From NCBI GenBank assembly GCA_004297395.1, contig SCUO01000047.1, forward strand, positions 56,575-120,574: a DNA stretch of 64,000 nt, read 5' to 3'. Positions within the stretch are counted from its first letter, which is position 1, and the number at the start of each line of letters is the position of its first letter. The notes under the pieces are model-generated. The model saw nothing but the letters and a program-made list of their open reading frames with translations. It was not told where the DNA came from and searched no databases. The stretch is from Chloroflexota bacterium (lineage in GTDB: Bacteria > Chloroflexota > Limnocylindria > Limnocylindrales > CSP1-4). Of this stretch, positions 17,606 through 26,273 are shown piece by piece. A program made the position numbers and the translations under genes.

Positions 17606-18346
17606 CTAGCGCGCCGGCTCGCGGGCCGCCTTGTAGCCGGCGCCGCGGACGGTGAGGATGAGCGTCGGGGCGCCGGGATCGGCCTCGACCTTCGCCCGGA
17701 GGCGGCCGACGGCGACGTCCACGAGCCGCGAGTCGCCAAGGTAGTCGTAGCCCCAGATCCGGTCGAGCAGCAGCTCCCGGGTGAAGACCTGGCCCGGACG
17801 TCGGGCGAGCACGACGAGGAGGTCGAACTCCGTGCGCGTCAGCTCGATCTCGCGCCCATCGCGCTCGACCGTTCGCCCGCCTGGGTCGATCCCGAGCGGG
17901 CCGAGCCTGATGAAGTCGTCTCCCGGCCCCGACGCACCGGCCCCGGCGGCGACTGCCCCAACGGCCCCGGCCCTGCCGTCGTGGCCGTGACGGCGGAGCG
18001 CGGCCCGGACCCGGGCCACGAGCTCGGGCATCTCGAACGGCTTGCGGAGGTAGTCGTCCGCCCCGGATTCGAGGCCGACCACGACGTCGATCGTGTCACT
18101 CCGGGCGGTGAGCATGACGATCGGAACCATCGATTCCCTGCGAATCGCGCGGCAGACCTCGAGGCCATCGAGGCGCGGCAGCATGACGTCGAGGAGGACG
18201 AGGTCCGGCGGGCTCGCTCGCCAGCGTTCGAGGGCCAGGACGCCGTCGGCCGCCGTGTCGACCTCGAAGCCAGCGGCCCGCAGGCCGAGCGCGGTCACCT
18301 CGCGAATCGATGGGTCGTCCTCCACGACCAGCACCCGGGCATCCAC
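17606..18346 (-). CDS. OmpR-family response regulator (MtrA-like)
   Basis: VLVVEDD, LLDVMLP, KPF, winged helix IWGYDYLGDSRLVDV..TVRGAGY. Confidence 0.94.
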   Translation of the reverse strand: MDARVLVVEDDPSIREVTALGLRAAGFEVDTAADGVLALERWRASPPDLVLLDVMLPRLDGLEVCRAIRRESMVPIVMLTARSDTIDVVVGLESGADDYLRKPFEMPELVARVRAALRRHGHDGRAGAVGAVAAGAGASGPGDDFIRLGPLGIDPGGRTVERDGREIELTRTEFDLLVVLARRPGQVFTRELLLDRIWGYDYLGDSRLVDVAVGRLRAKVEADPGAPTLILTVRGAGYKAAREPAR

Positions 18347-18483
18347 GTCATCGAGTATGGCAGCGCGCGCGGACCGGGCCAGGCGTGGAATGCTTTGACG
18401 GCCTCGCGCGGTCGACCTCGACCGCCCGGCGATCGGTGGCCGCGAGTGCTTCGAAGGCGCGCCGTTGCCCTGGGCGCCTCGGG

Positions 18484-19215
18484 TCAGCGGAGGCTCGCCA
18501 GGAAGCGGAAGACCGGCAACGCCGCGGCGTAGCCCTCCGCGAGCACATCGGGCAGGTCCGGCGAGGTCACATCGCGGTCCGCCAGCCGCCGCCCGAAGAC
18601 GACGTCCTTCCAACGGAAGAGGTCCGCCATCGGGTGATCCGCCGCCAGTCCCGGCGGCACCCGCTTCAGCGTTTCGTGGCTTCGGGCACCCCCGAACCAG
18701 GCAACGAAGCCCTGATCCTCGAGCGCGGCCCGGACCTCGTCCGGCGCCTCGAGCACGGCCCGTCGGAAGGCGTCGAGCCGCGGCTTCTCGGGCATCCACA
18801 TGCCGCCCCCGACGTACATCTCGCCCGGCTGGAAGTTGAAGTAGCCGCCGTTGCCGTGGGGGCTGTCATCGGCCCGCTCCCCTGCCCCGCCGGCGCCCTC
18901 GATCCAGGGGAAGGTCGCCGCGTAATGCGTCTTGTAGGGCGACTTGTCGCGGCTGAAGCGGGTGTCCCGGTAGATCCGGAACGGCGATCGCTTCGGGTCG
19001 GCCTGGAGCGGGATGCCGCGGGCTCGGAAGCGCTCACCGACAGCGACGACGAGCGCCTCCATGGGATCTTTGAGGAGCCGTTCGAAGTCCGCCTTGCGAG
19101 GCTGGAACCAGGCCCGGTCGTTGTTGACGGCGAGGTCGGCCATGAACTGGATGGCCTCGGGCCGGAAGCCGGCGAAGCCAGGGCTCGCGGTCGCGGTCGA
19201 TGTGGCAGCGGGCAT
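18484..19215 (-). CDS. DUF2461 family protein
   Basis: NNDRAWF and FRIYRDTRFSRDKSPYKT. Confidence 0.9.
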   Translation of the reverse strand: MPAATSTATASPGFAGFRPEAIQFMADLAVNNDRAWFQPRKADFERLLKDPMEALVVAVGERFRARGIPLQADPKRSPFRIYRDTRFSRDKSPYKTHYAATFPWIEGAGGAGERADDSPHGNGGYFNFQPGEMYVGGGMWMPEKPRLDAFRRAVLEAPDEVRAALEDQGFVAWFGGARSHETLKRVPPGLAADHPMADLFRWKDVVFGRRLADRDVTSPDLPDVLAEGYAAALPVFRFLASLR

Positions 19216-19257
19216 GGGAACCTCCCGGGGGTCAGGGCCGGCCCCCCTGGCGGGACG

Positions 19258-19569
19258 TCAGTCGGGATCCGTCGACGCTGGCGGCGGGGTCCCGGCGGAG
19301 CGGCCGGCGCGGACGATCCAGGTGCCGACCCCCAGGCCGGCACCGGCGGCGATCACCGCGACGATGATCGCCGCCGGCGGGAATCCGCCACTGGCGTCCA
19401 TCTGGGCAAGCGCCCCGATGATCACGGCGTAGAACGCCACGAGAAGGCCGAGGCCGATGGCGAAGCCCGCCGCGAGCCAGCGGCGGGTCGCCGGCCGTCG
19501 CACGGCCAGGACGACGATCACCGCGATCATGACGGCGGCAAGCGCGACGACGATCGGCGAATCGAACAT
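19258..19569 (-). CDS. Small three-TM membrane protein
   Basis: MFDSPIVVALAAVMIAVIVVLAVRR, three hydrophobic helices, -10-like TACGGT 6 nt upstream. Confidence 0.65.
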   Translation of the reverse strand: MFDSPIVVALAAVMIAVIVVLAVRRPATRRWLAAGFAIGLGLLVAFYAVIIGALAQMDASGGFPPAAIIVAVIAAGAGLGVGTWIVRAGRSAGTPPPASTDPD

Positions 19570-19680
19570 CACCGGACCGTAGCCGTTCCGAGCCCCTGAA
19601 ACAAGCCGGGCGGCCCGGATCGACGGTCGCCCGGCGGCTGAAGCCCCATTCGAGCGCCGCGCGCGGCACAATGCCGATTG

Positions 19681-20076
19681 ATGCACCCCATTGCCGCAGC
19701 CGCCGCCGTCATCGCCGCGCTCATCCACGCCGGGTTCTTCCTGCTGGAGAGCGTCTGGTTCCTGCGGCCGAGGGTCTTCGCCCGGTTCGGGCTGGCCTCG
19801 CTGGAGCAGGCGCGGATCGTCCGCTCGTTTGCCTTCAACCAGGGCTTCTACAACCTGTTCCTGGCGGTCGGGGTGGGGCTCGGGCTCGGGCTCGTCGCCA
19901 CGGGCTCGACCGAGGCCGGCCGGGCCATCGTCCTGTTCGCCTGCGGCTCGATGGTCGCGGCCGGGGCCGTCCTCGTCCTCCACAACGCGCGGTTCCTGCG
20001 AGCCGCCGCGATCCAGGTGGTGCCGGCGCTCGTCGCGGTCCTCGGCGGCTTGTGCCTCGGGGTCTCGGGTGGCTGA
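19681..20076 (+). CDS. DUF1304 family membrane protein
   Basis: LIHAGFFLLE and FNQGFYNLFLA. Confidence 0.88.
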   Translation: MHPIAAAAAVIAALIHAGFFLLESVWFLRPRVFARFGLASLEQARIVRSFAFNQGFYNLFLAVGVGLGLGLVATGSTEAGRAIVLFACGSMVAAGAVLVLHNARFLRAAAIQVVPALVAVLGGLCLGVSGG

Positions 20077-20263
20077 CGAGCTCGATCCAAAGGAGGCGGC
20101 CCGGATCCGCCGGCGGGATCGCGACCTCGAGGCCGAGCAGCGAGCCCTGATGAACCCGGGCATGGGCAAGGTCTTCAAGCAGATCCAGGACGCGATGGGC
20201 AAGGCGGCCGGCGAGCCGGCCGCGACCTCTGTCCCCAGGCGCAGGCGTCGCCCGAAGGCCTGA
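20069..20263 (+). CDS. Small hypothetical protein (64 aa)
   Basis: GTG start overlapping the DUF1304 end. Protein-like sequence (EQRALMNPGMGKVFKQIQDAM) with high GC3. Confidence 0.55.
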   Translation: MADELDPKEAARIRRRDRDLEAEQRALMNPGMGKVFKQIQDAMGKAAGEPAATSVPRRRRRPKA

Positions 20264-20274
20264 CCCGGAGCGGC

Positions 20275-21051
20275 CTACCCTGACAGCTCTCGTCCGAACT
20301 GGCGGGCCGGCGCCTGGGAGTAGCCGAGCGCCTCCCAGAATGCGGCTCCGTCGGCATTCCCGTCGCGGACGATGACGTTGACCTTCTTGCAGCCGAGGGC
20401 CTCCAGGCGCGCCTCGATCTGGCGCACGAGCCGCGTCGCGAGCCCGCTCCGTCGCTCGTCCGGCATCGTTGCCACGTGGTAGATCCAGCCGCGCCGGCCG
20501 TCCCAGCCGCCCATCGCTGACCCGACGGCCTGGGTCCCGCGGACCGCGACGAGAAGCATGCCCGGGTTCCGCTGGGCGAGGGCCCGCAAGCTCGCGTCGT
20601 CGTCGCCGAGCGATCGGAAGCCGACGGCGTCCCACAGGGCCCTGAGCGGCGGGCCGTCGCCGGACCGGTACTCGCGGACGACGATCGGGGGCGGCTCCGG
20701 TCGGGGCGGTGGGGTCGTCACGGCGGCGCCCGCCGGCGCGCGCGTTGCAGTGGACCTGGCGCCTGCCCTCCGCGCCGCGATCCGGTCCGTCAGGCTCGAG
20801 ATCGGGGCCGGCCCACGGCGGGCGACCGTCATCGCCGCCCGGGCCTCGTCGAGGGTCGCGAAGGGCCCGCGCACGAGGGGCAATCCGAGCTCGTTGGACT
20901 GTTCGGCGTCGCTGACCATCCAGCCGCCAGACGACTGCTCGACGCTGAATCGGCCATCGCCGCTGACGTAGCGGCCGGCCGATTCCCGCTTCAGCTTCGT
21001 GGGATCGGGCGGGGTCGCCGGGGTACCGGCCTTCGTCGAGCGGGCGGGCAT
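20275..21051 (-). CDS. GNAT acetyltransferase (YpeA-like) with extra N-terminal domain
   Basis: GSAMGGWDGRRGWIYHVA, RRSGLA, GCKKVN, FWEALGY. Confidence 0.88.
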   Translation of the reverse strand: MPARSTKAGTPATPPDPTKLKRESAGRYVSGDGRFSVEQSSGGWMVSDAEQSNELGLPLVRGPFATLDEARAAMTVARRGPAPISSLTDRIAARRAGARSTATRAPAGAAVTTPPPRPEPPPIVVREYRSGDGPPLRALWDAVGFRSLGDDDASLRALAQRNPGMLLVAVRGTQAVGSAMGGWDGRRGWIYHVATMPDERRSGLATRLVRQIEARLEALGCKKVNVIVRDGNADGAAFWEALGYSQAPARQFGRELSG

Positions 21052-21173
21052 CGCCAGAGCGTACCGGACGCGGCGGCGGCTGGTCACGAGCCGACTTGAC
21101 GAGGCCGGCAGCGACGACGATCTTCGTATCCGCCGCCACTCACCCCCGTTTCGCCGGAGCGCCCAACTCGCCC

Positions 21174-22478
21174 ATGGCCGTCCTGGCCCGCCCGTTCGCC
21201 CTGGCCATCGCGTTCGCAGTCGGCGTCTTCGTGCTGGTTGCGGTGCTGCTATGGGCACGGGCCGACTTTGCCACGCCACCCTACAAATTCATGCTCGGGC
21301 CGGCCGGGATGCTCGCCTTCGTCCTCGCCGTCACGACCCAGCTCGTCTCAGGCTTCGTGCTGGCGGTCCGTCGGCCCGACCTGCCGATCGGCCGGCTCTC
21401 CCTGATCTTTGCCTTCGTGATCGGCGAGGCGATGGTGGCGAACGCCTACCTGGCCCTGGCAGAGCAAGGTGTCGTGGGTCCGTGGCAGCCCACCTGGGTC
21501 GCCTGGTTCACATCCTGGTTCGCCTTCTCGGGCGGGGCCCTGACGGCCCTGGTCCTCGGTCTGGTCTTCCCGGACGGGCGTCTCCCCGGCCGCCGCTGGG
21601 GAGTTGCCCTGGGCCTCGCCTTGGCGGGTGCAGTGATCACGGCCGCGGCGATCGCCCTCCTGCCCGGCAGGCTGATCCTCTACCCCGCGTACCGCAACCC
21701 GGCGGCCCTGGATGCCAGTCTGACGGGCTGGCTCACGGCGGCCACCGTCGTCGGGATCGGGCTGCTGGCGTTCGGCGGCGTGGCGGTGTCGATCGCACTG
21801 CTCCTACGGTATCGGCGGGCAGACGAGCTGCTCCAGGTACAGCTTCGCCTGTACATCGCGTCGGCGATCGGCCTGACCGTTGGCTTCCTCGCGTTCCTCG
21901 CCGCCCTGGGGTCCCTGCCCGACGACTCCCCCGTTGGCGAACTCATCATGGTGGCCTTCGTAGCGAGCGGTGGCCTGCCCCCGATCGCCCTGCTGCTCGC
22001 CATCAGTCGCTATCGCCTCTACGACATCGACGCGATCCTGAGTCGAGCCTTCGTCTTCGGGACCTTGACCGCGATCCTGGCGGGCGTCTACACAGCCTCG
22101 ATTCGATTGTTCAACTCGCTCTTCACCGCCCTGACCGGCGAGAACTCCGATGCAGCGCTCGTGATCACCACGCTCGTCATTGCCGCGACCTTCACGCCGA
22201 TCAAGCGCCGCCTCGAGACCCTCGTCGAGCGACGCTTCCGCGCGCCGGAGGCAGCCGTTCCCGGGATCGATCCTGAGGCGTCGGTCGGCGATGCGGCCGT
22301 GGACGTCGCAGTCGATCTCGACGATGCTGCGGTCGGGCGGATCGCCGCCGCCGTCCTCGCCGACCCTGGCTTCGCGGCGCTGCTGGATACGCACCTGCGG
22401 GCGCTCGAGCCAACGGCCGCGGTCGCTCAGGAGCCCGGAATCCCGCCAACGGAGGATCGGCATCGCCACCATGCCTGA
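21174..22478 (+). CDS. Polytopic membrane protein resembling histidine-kinase membrane sensor modules, with no transmitter domain
   Basis: About 10 TM, FPDGRLP and RYRLYDIDAIL..F.PIKRRL motifs, short acidic tail. Confidence 0.7.
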   Translation: MAVLARPFALAIAFAVGVFVLVAVLLWARADFATPPYKFMLGPAGMLAFVLAVTTQLVSGFVLAVRRPDLPIGRLSLIFAFVIGEAMVANAYLALAEQGVVGPWQPTWVAWFTSWFAFSGGALTALVLGLVFPDGRLPGRRWGVALGLALAGAVITAAAIALLPGRLILYPAYRNPAALDASLTGWLTAATVVGIGLLAFGGVAVSIALLLRYRRADELLQVQLRLYIASAIGLTVGFLAFLAALGSLPDDSPVGELIMVAFVASGGLPPIALLLAISRYRLYDIDAILSRAFVFGTLTAILAGVYTASIRLFNSLFTALTGENSDAALVITTLVIAATFTPIKRRLETLVERRFRAPEAAVPGIDPEASVGDAAVDVAVDLDDAAVGRIAAAVLADPGFAALLDTHLRALEPTAAVAQEPGIPPTEDRHRHHA

Positions 22479-23319
22479 CCACGACGCCGCCCTCGACCAG
22501 CTCATCGTCCGACTCAAGACCCGCGCGGCCGACCCGGAGCGGCGGGCCGACGTCATCGTCGACGCCTTCAGCGCCTCGGCCCGGACCATGGACCTCGGCA
22601 GCCTCCTTGGCATGGGACGCTCGGTCGCCGGCAGCCTCAACCAGCTCCTGGGCGAGATCCGGACGACGGGCATGCCCAGCCCGCAGTCACGGGCGACCGC
22701 CGATGCCGTTGCTGCGGCGATGGGGACGCCGGCCAACCCGACGCTGGCCGCGCCGGCGACGCCCGGGGATGTCGATGCCGTCGAGGCCGAGCTCGGTGGG
22801 CGGTTGCCGACGGCCCTCCGGAGGGCGTACCTCGAGGTCGCCGATGGCGGCTTCGGACCGGGCGCGGGGTTGCTCCCGCTCTCGGCCGCGCTGGCCATCT
22901 ACCGTGATTACCGGGCCGAATCACCCGGCCCTCGCCGCTCGTCGTGGCCGGCCGTACTGCTGCCGCTGACCGAGCGCGAGCCGGGCCACTACTGCGTGGA
23001 GGTCCCCGGCGGGCGGGTCCTCGACTGGGATCCGGAGGACCTTCGCGAGCACTCGAGCGAGGCCGCCTGGCAGCGATCCTTCAGCGAGGTCGCTGCGACG
23101 GCGGAGGCGTGGCTCACGGCCTGGGTCGGCAGCCGGACCCAGGCGGAGGAGACGGCCGACATGCTGGCCCGTTCGCAGGTCGAGGAAGCGCGTCGGTCGA
23201 GGGCGGCGATTGCCGCCATGACGCCGGAGCAGCGGGCGAAGATGGGCCTGCCCGAGATCGGCTGGGAGCGGGTCGTGTGGGGCGGCATCGGGCTCGACGA
23301 GGGCGAGCCCGGCGGCTGA
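22471..23319 (+). CDS. SMI1/KNR4 family protein
   Basis: VDAVEAELGGRLPTALRRAYLEVADGGFGPG. GGAGG upstream. Confidence 0.82.
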   Translation: MPDHDAALDQLIVRLKTRAADPERRADVIVDAFSASARTMDLGSLLGMGRSVAGSLNQLLGEIRTTGMPSPQSRATADAVAAAMGTPANPTLAAPATPGDVDAVEAELGGRLPTALRRAYLEVADGGFGPGAGLLPLSAALAIYRDYRAESPGPRRSSWPAVLLPLTEREPGHYCVEVPGGRVLDWDPEDLREHSSEAAWQRSFSEVAATAEAWLTAWVGSRTQAEETADMLARSQVEEARRSRAAIAAMTPEQRAKMGLPEIGWERVVWGGIGLDEGEPGG

Positions 23320-23330
23320 GCCACGGGGTC

Positions 23331-25256
23331 CTACGGGGTCGCGTCGACTCCGGTCCAGCGCCGGTCCACGGCCAGCTGGATGATCGTGGGCTTCTCGGCC
23401 ACGAGCGCCTGGCGGAGGGCTGACTCGACGCCGCTGTCCGAATCCACCCGGACACCCCGGGCCCCCAGGGCCCGAGCCGCGGCGGCGAAATCGACCGGCC
23501 CCAGGTCCGTCGCCGCGGTGGAGCCGCCATCGCGCCGCTCCTGGTGGGCACGGATCAGGCCGTACTGCTCGTTGTCGAAGACGAGGACGGTCGTCCGAAG
23601 ACCCATCCGGACGGCGGTCTCGATCTCGGCCAGGGTCATCCCGAGGCCACCGTCGCCGACGAGGGCGACGACCGCCCGATCGCGATGGACGAGACCGGCG
23701 GCGATGGCCGCCGGGAGGCCATACCCCATCGCCCCGGACGTCGGCCCCAGGAACGTGCCCGGTCGTCGGAAGCGGAAGCCGCGCGCGGCCCAGCTGCCGA
23801 AGCTGCCTGCATCCGTCGCCACGATGCCGTCGTCGGGCAGGAGGGCCCGCAGCATCGTGATCACCTTGCCGGGGTGGACGCCCGGCCCGGACCAGGGGTG
23901 GCTATCGACGATCGTCGCGGCCTCCCAGGCCGCGCGATCCGCTTCGTTTCGAGCCACCCTGGCGTCCGTGGAGGCGGCATCCAGGACGCCGCGTGACTCC
24001 AGCCGCGCGACCGCGGCCCGGAGGAACTGCTTCGCGTCAGCCTCGACCGCGATATCCGGGACGGCCAGCTCCGTCGAGGGTCGGCCCGGAGCAATGTCGA
24101 CATGGGCCCAGCGCGTCCCCGGCGCCGGGATCGTCCAGCCATGGGAGGCGATCTCGCCGAGCCGGCAGCCGATGACGAGCATCGCGTCCGCCGAAGCGAG
24201 GCGCTCCCGGACGACCGCCGGTGAGCCGTAGCCGGTCATGCCGAGATAGAGCGGATGGTCGTTCGAGATCACGTCGCCGCGGCGCCAGGCCGCGATCACG
24301 GGCACCCGCAGGAGCTCGGCGAGCCGAACGAGCTCGTTCGAGGTCCGGGCCCGCAGGATTCCGCCGCCGGCCAGGATCACCGGACGCTCTGCGCCGGCCA
24401 GGAGATGCAGCACGGCCGCGATCTCGGCGTCATCCGGACGCGGCGGCGCGACCCTGGGGGTCGGCGCGACTCCGCCGTCCGGCACGGTCTCGTCGAGGAG
24501 GTCCTCCGCGAGGGCGAGGAGGACGGGCCCGGGCCGGCCGGTCGTCGCCTGGCTGACGGCGGTCTCGACGGCGGCCACGGCCTCCGCGACATCACGTGGC
24601 TCGGCCGCCCACTTGGCGAGGCCTCCGAGGGTGGTCACCAGGTCGACCTCCTGGAAACCCTCGCGGCCGCGGGCCGCGCGCTCGACCTGGCCGACGAGGG
24701 CGAACATCGGGCTGGAATCGGCCGTGGCGGTATGGATGCCGATGGCCAGGTTGGCCGCGCCGACGGCCCGGGTACCGAGGCAGGCAGCCGGCCGGCCGGT
24801 CAGCTGGGCGTGGGCCTCGGCCATGAACGCGGCGGCGCCCTCGTGGCGGGTGGCGACGACATGGATCCCCGCCGCATCGAGGCCGTCGATGAGGCCGAGG
24901 AAGCTCTCGCCCGGCACGGTGAAGGCCCATCGAACGCCGGCCCGGCGAAGGGCGTCGGCGATCATCCGCCCGACCGTGACCGGCCCGGCCGGAGCCTCCG
25001 GCAGTGCCTCGGGCTCGGGCGCTGCGGCGGCCTCGACGTCGACCTCGGGCGCGATCTCCGCTTCGGACTCGAGATCGATATCGGGTTCGATCTCCGTGTT
25101 TGCATCGGGCGCGTCGTCCGCCGCGGGCGCGTCGACCGCCTCGACCTCGGCCGCGGGCGCGACCGCGTCGGACAACTCCGGTTCGACCGCGTCGGGTACC
25201 TCAGGTGTGGCCGCGTCGGGCGCATCGGCGGCCACCCGGACCTCCTGGTCGTCCAT
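23331..25256 (-). CDS. Thiamine diphosphate-dependent enzyme (acetolactate synthase large subunit-like) with acidic N-terminal extension
   Basis: VPGES, RHEG, FQE, GAMGYGLP, GDGG..DN ThDP motif. Confidence 0.9.
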   Translation of the reverse strand: MDDQEVRVAADAPDAATPEVPDAVEPELSDAVAPAAEVEAVDAPAADDAPDANTEIEPDIDLESEAEIAPEVDVEAAAAPEPEALPEAPAGPVTVGRMIADALRRAGVRWAFTVPGESFLGLIDGLDAAGIHVVATRHEGAAAFMAEAHAQLTGRPAACLGTRAVGAANLAIGIHTATADSSPMFALVGQVERAARGREGFQEVDLVTTLGGLAKWAAEPRDVAEAVAAVETAVSQATTGRPGPVLLALAEDLLDETVPDGGVAPTPRVAPPRPDDAEIAAVLHLLAGAERPVILAGGGILRARTSNELVRLAELLRVPVIAAWRRGDVISNDHPLYLGMTGYGSPAVVRERLASADAMLVIGCRLGEIASHGWTIPAPGTRWAHVDIAPGRPSTELAVPDIAVEADAKQFLRAAVARLESRGVLDAASTDARVARNEADRAAWEAATIVDSHPWSGPGVHPGKVITMLRALLPDDGIVATDAGSFGSWAARGFRFRRPGTFLGPTSGAMGYGLPAAIAAGLVHRDRAVVALVGDGGLGMTLAEIETAVRMGLRTTVLVFDNEQYGLIRAHQERRDGGSTAATDLGPVDFAAAARALGARGVRVDSDSGVESALRQALVAEKPTIIQLAVDRRWTGVDATP

Positions 25257-25357
25257 CAGTTGGCCGGATTCGGGAGCAGCGTCACGAGCATGCTCATGAC
25301 CACGAACAGGGCCACGATGGCCATGAGGACCCGACCGAAGCGCGCACCAGGCAGCAT
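25256..25357 (-). CDS. 33-aa single-TM small protein
   Basis: Own translation MLPGARFGRVLMAIVALFVVMSMLVTLLPNPAN*. Its TGA overlaps the next ATG (TGATG) and it fills the gap after yajQ. Confidence 0.65.
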   Translation of the reverse strand: MLPGARFGRVLMAIVALFVVMSMLVTLLPNPAN

Positions 25358-25364
25358 CTCAGAC

Positions 25365-25856
25365 CTATCGGTAGTTCTGGAACTGGAGCGGCACGACCTC
25401 GTCCAGCTCACGGAGGCGGGCGATCACCCGCTGGAGATCGTCGCGGCTCTTGCCGGATACGCGGATCGCGTCACCCTGGATCTGCGACTTGACCTTGGGG
25501 AACTCGTCGCGAATCAGCTTGGTGAGCTTCCGGGCGAGGTCGTCGGGCAGACCCTTGCGCAGCCCGATCCGCTGGCGGACCTTGTTGCCGCCCGCCTCCT
25601 CGACCTTGCCCCAGTCGAAGATCTTCAGCGACAGGTTGCGCCGGACTGCCTTGGACTCGATGAGGTCCTTGATCGCCGACGCGCGGAACTCGTCATCGGT
25701 CAGGAGGGTGAGCTCATCGGCGCCCTGCTCGAGCTGGACGGTGGCGCCCTTGAAGTCGAAGCGCTGGGCGACCTCGCGCCGAACCTGGTCGAGGGCGTTG
25801 CGGAGCTCCTGGACGTCGAACTCGCTGACGACATCGAATGACTGGTCGCCGGCCAT
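25365..25856 (-). CDS. yajQ: YajQ family cyclic di-GMP/nucleotide-binding protein
   Basis: SFDVVSE, RFDFKG, QIQGDAIRVSGKSRDDLQ, QFQNYR. Confidence 0.95.
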   Translation of the reverse strand: MAGDQSFDVVSEFDVQELRNALDQVRREVAQRFDFKGATVQLEQGADELTLLTDDEFRASAIKDLIESKAVRRNLSLKIFDWGKVEEAGGNKVRQRIGLRKGLPDDLARKLTKLIRDEFPKVKSQIQGDAIRVSGKSRDDLQRVIARLRELDEVVPLQFQNYR

Positions 25857-25868
25857 TCGAGCACCTCC

Positions 25869-26273
25869 TCATCCCGCCGCGGGATCGCCGCCGACGGTAC
25901 CTGCCCGGGCCTGGATCGACCACTCGCGCAGTCGCTCCACGAGCCCATGGCGCGTGTCCAGGACCATGACCCCGGAGGTTCGGCGCCGTCCGCCGTCCTC
26001 GCGGAACACGTAGCCCAGGTGCCAGATCGCCACGATGGTGTCGCCGCTCACGAGGTGGCGCTCGATCGTGAACTCGACCTGGTCCTGCCTTGCCGCCAAT
26101 GCCAGCCAGTGTGCCCGGTGGGCGTTGTGGCCGACGATCGGCGGACTGAACGGATCCACATGGTACTCGGCGTCGGGCGAAAGGATCGAGACCAGGAGGT
26201 CGCCGTCGAACGTCTCACGAGCGCGAGCCAGGGAGGCCAGGAGATCCCCGGCCTCGGCGTAGCCGATCGTCAC
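25869..26273 (-). CDS. SnoaL/NTF2-like family protein
   Basis: DAEYHVDPF..PIVG and C-terminal LREW. Coupled to the upstream gene. Confidence 0.8.
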   Translation of the reverse strand: MTIGYAEAGDLLASLARARETFDGDLLVSILSPDAEYHVDPFSPPIVGHNAHRAHWLALAARQDQVEFTIERHLVSGDTIVAIWHLGYVFREDGGRRRTSGVMVLDTRHGLVERLREWSIQARAGTVGGDPAAG

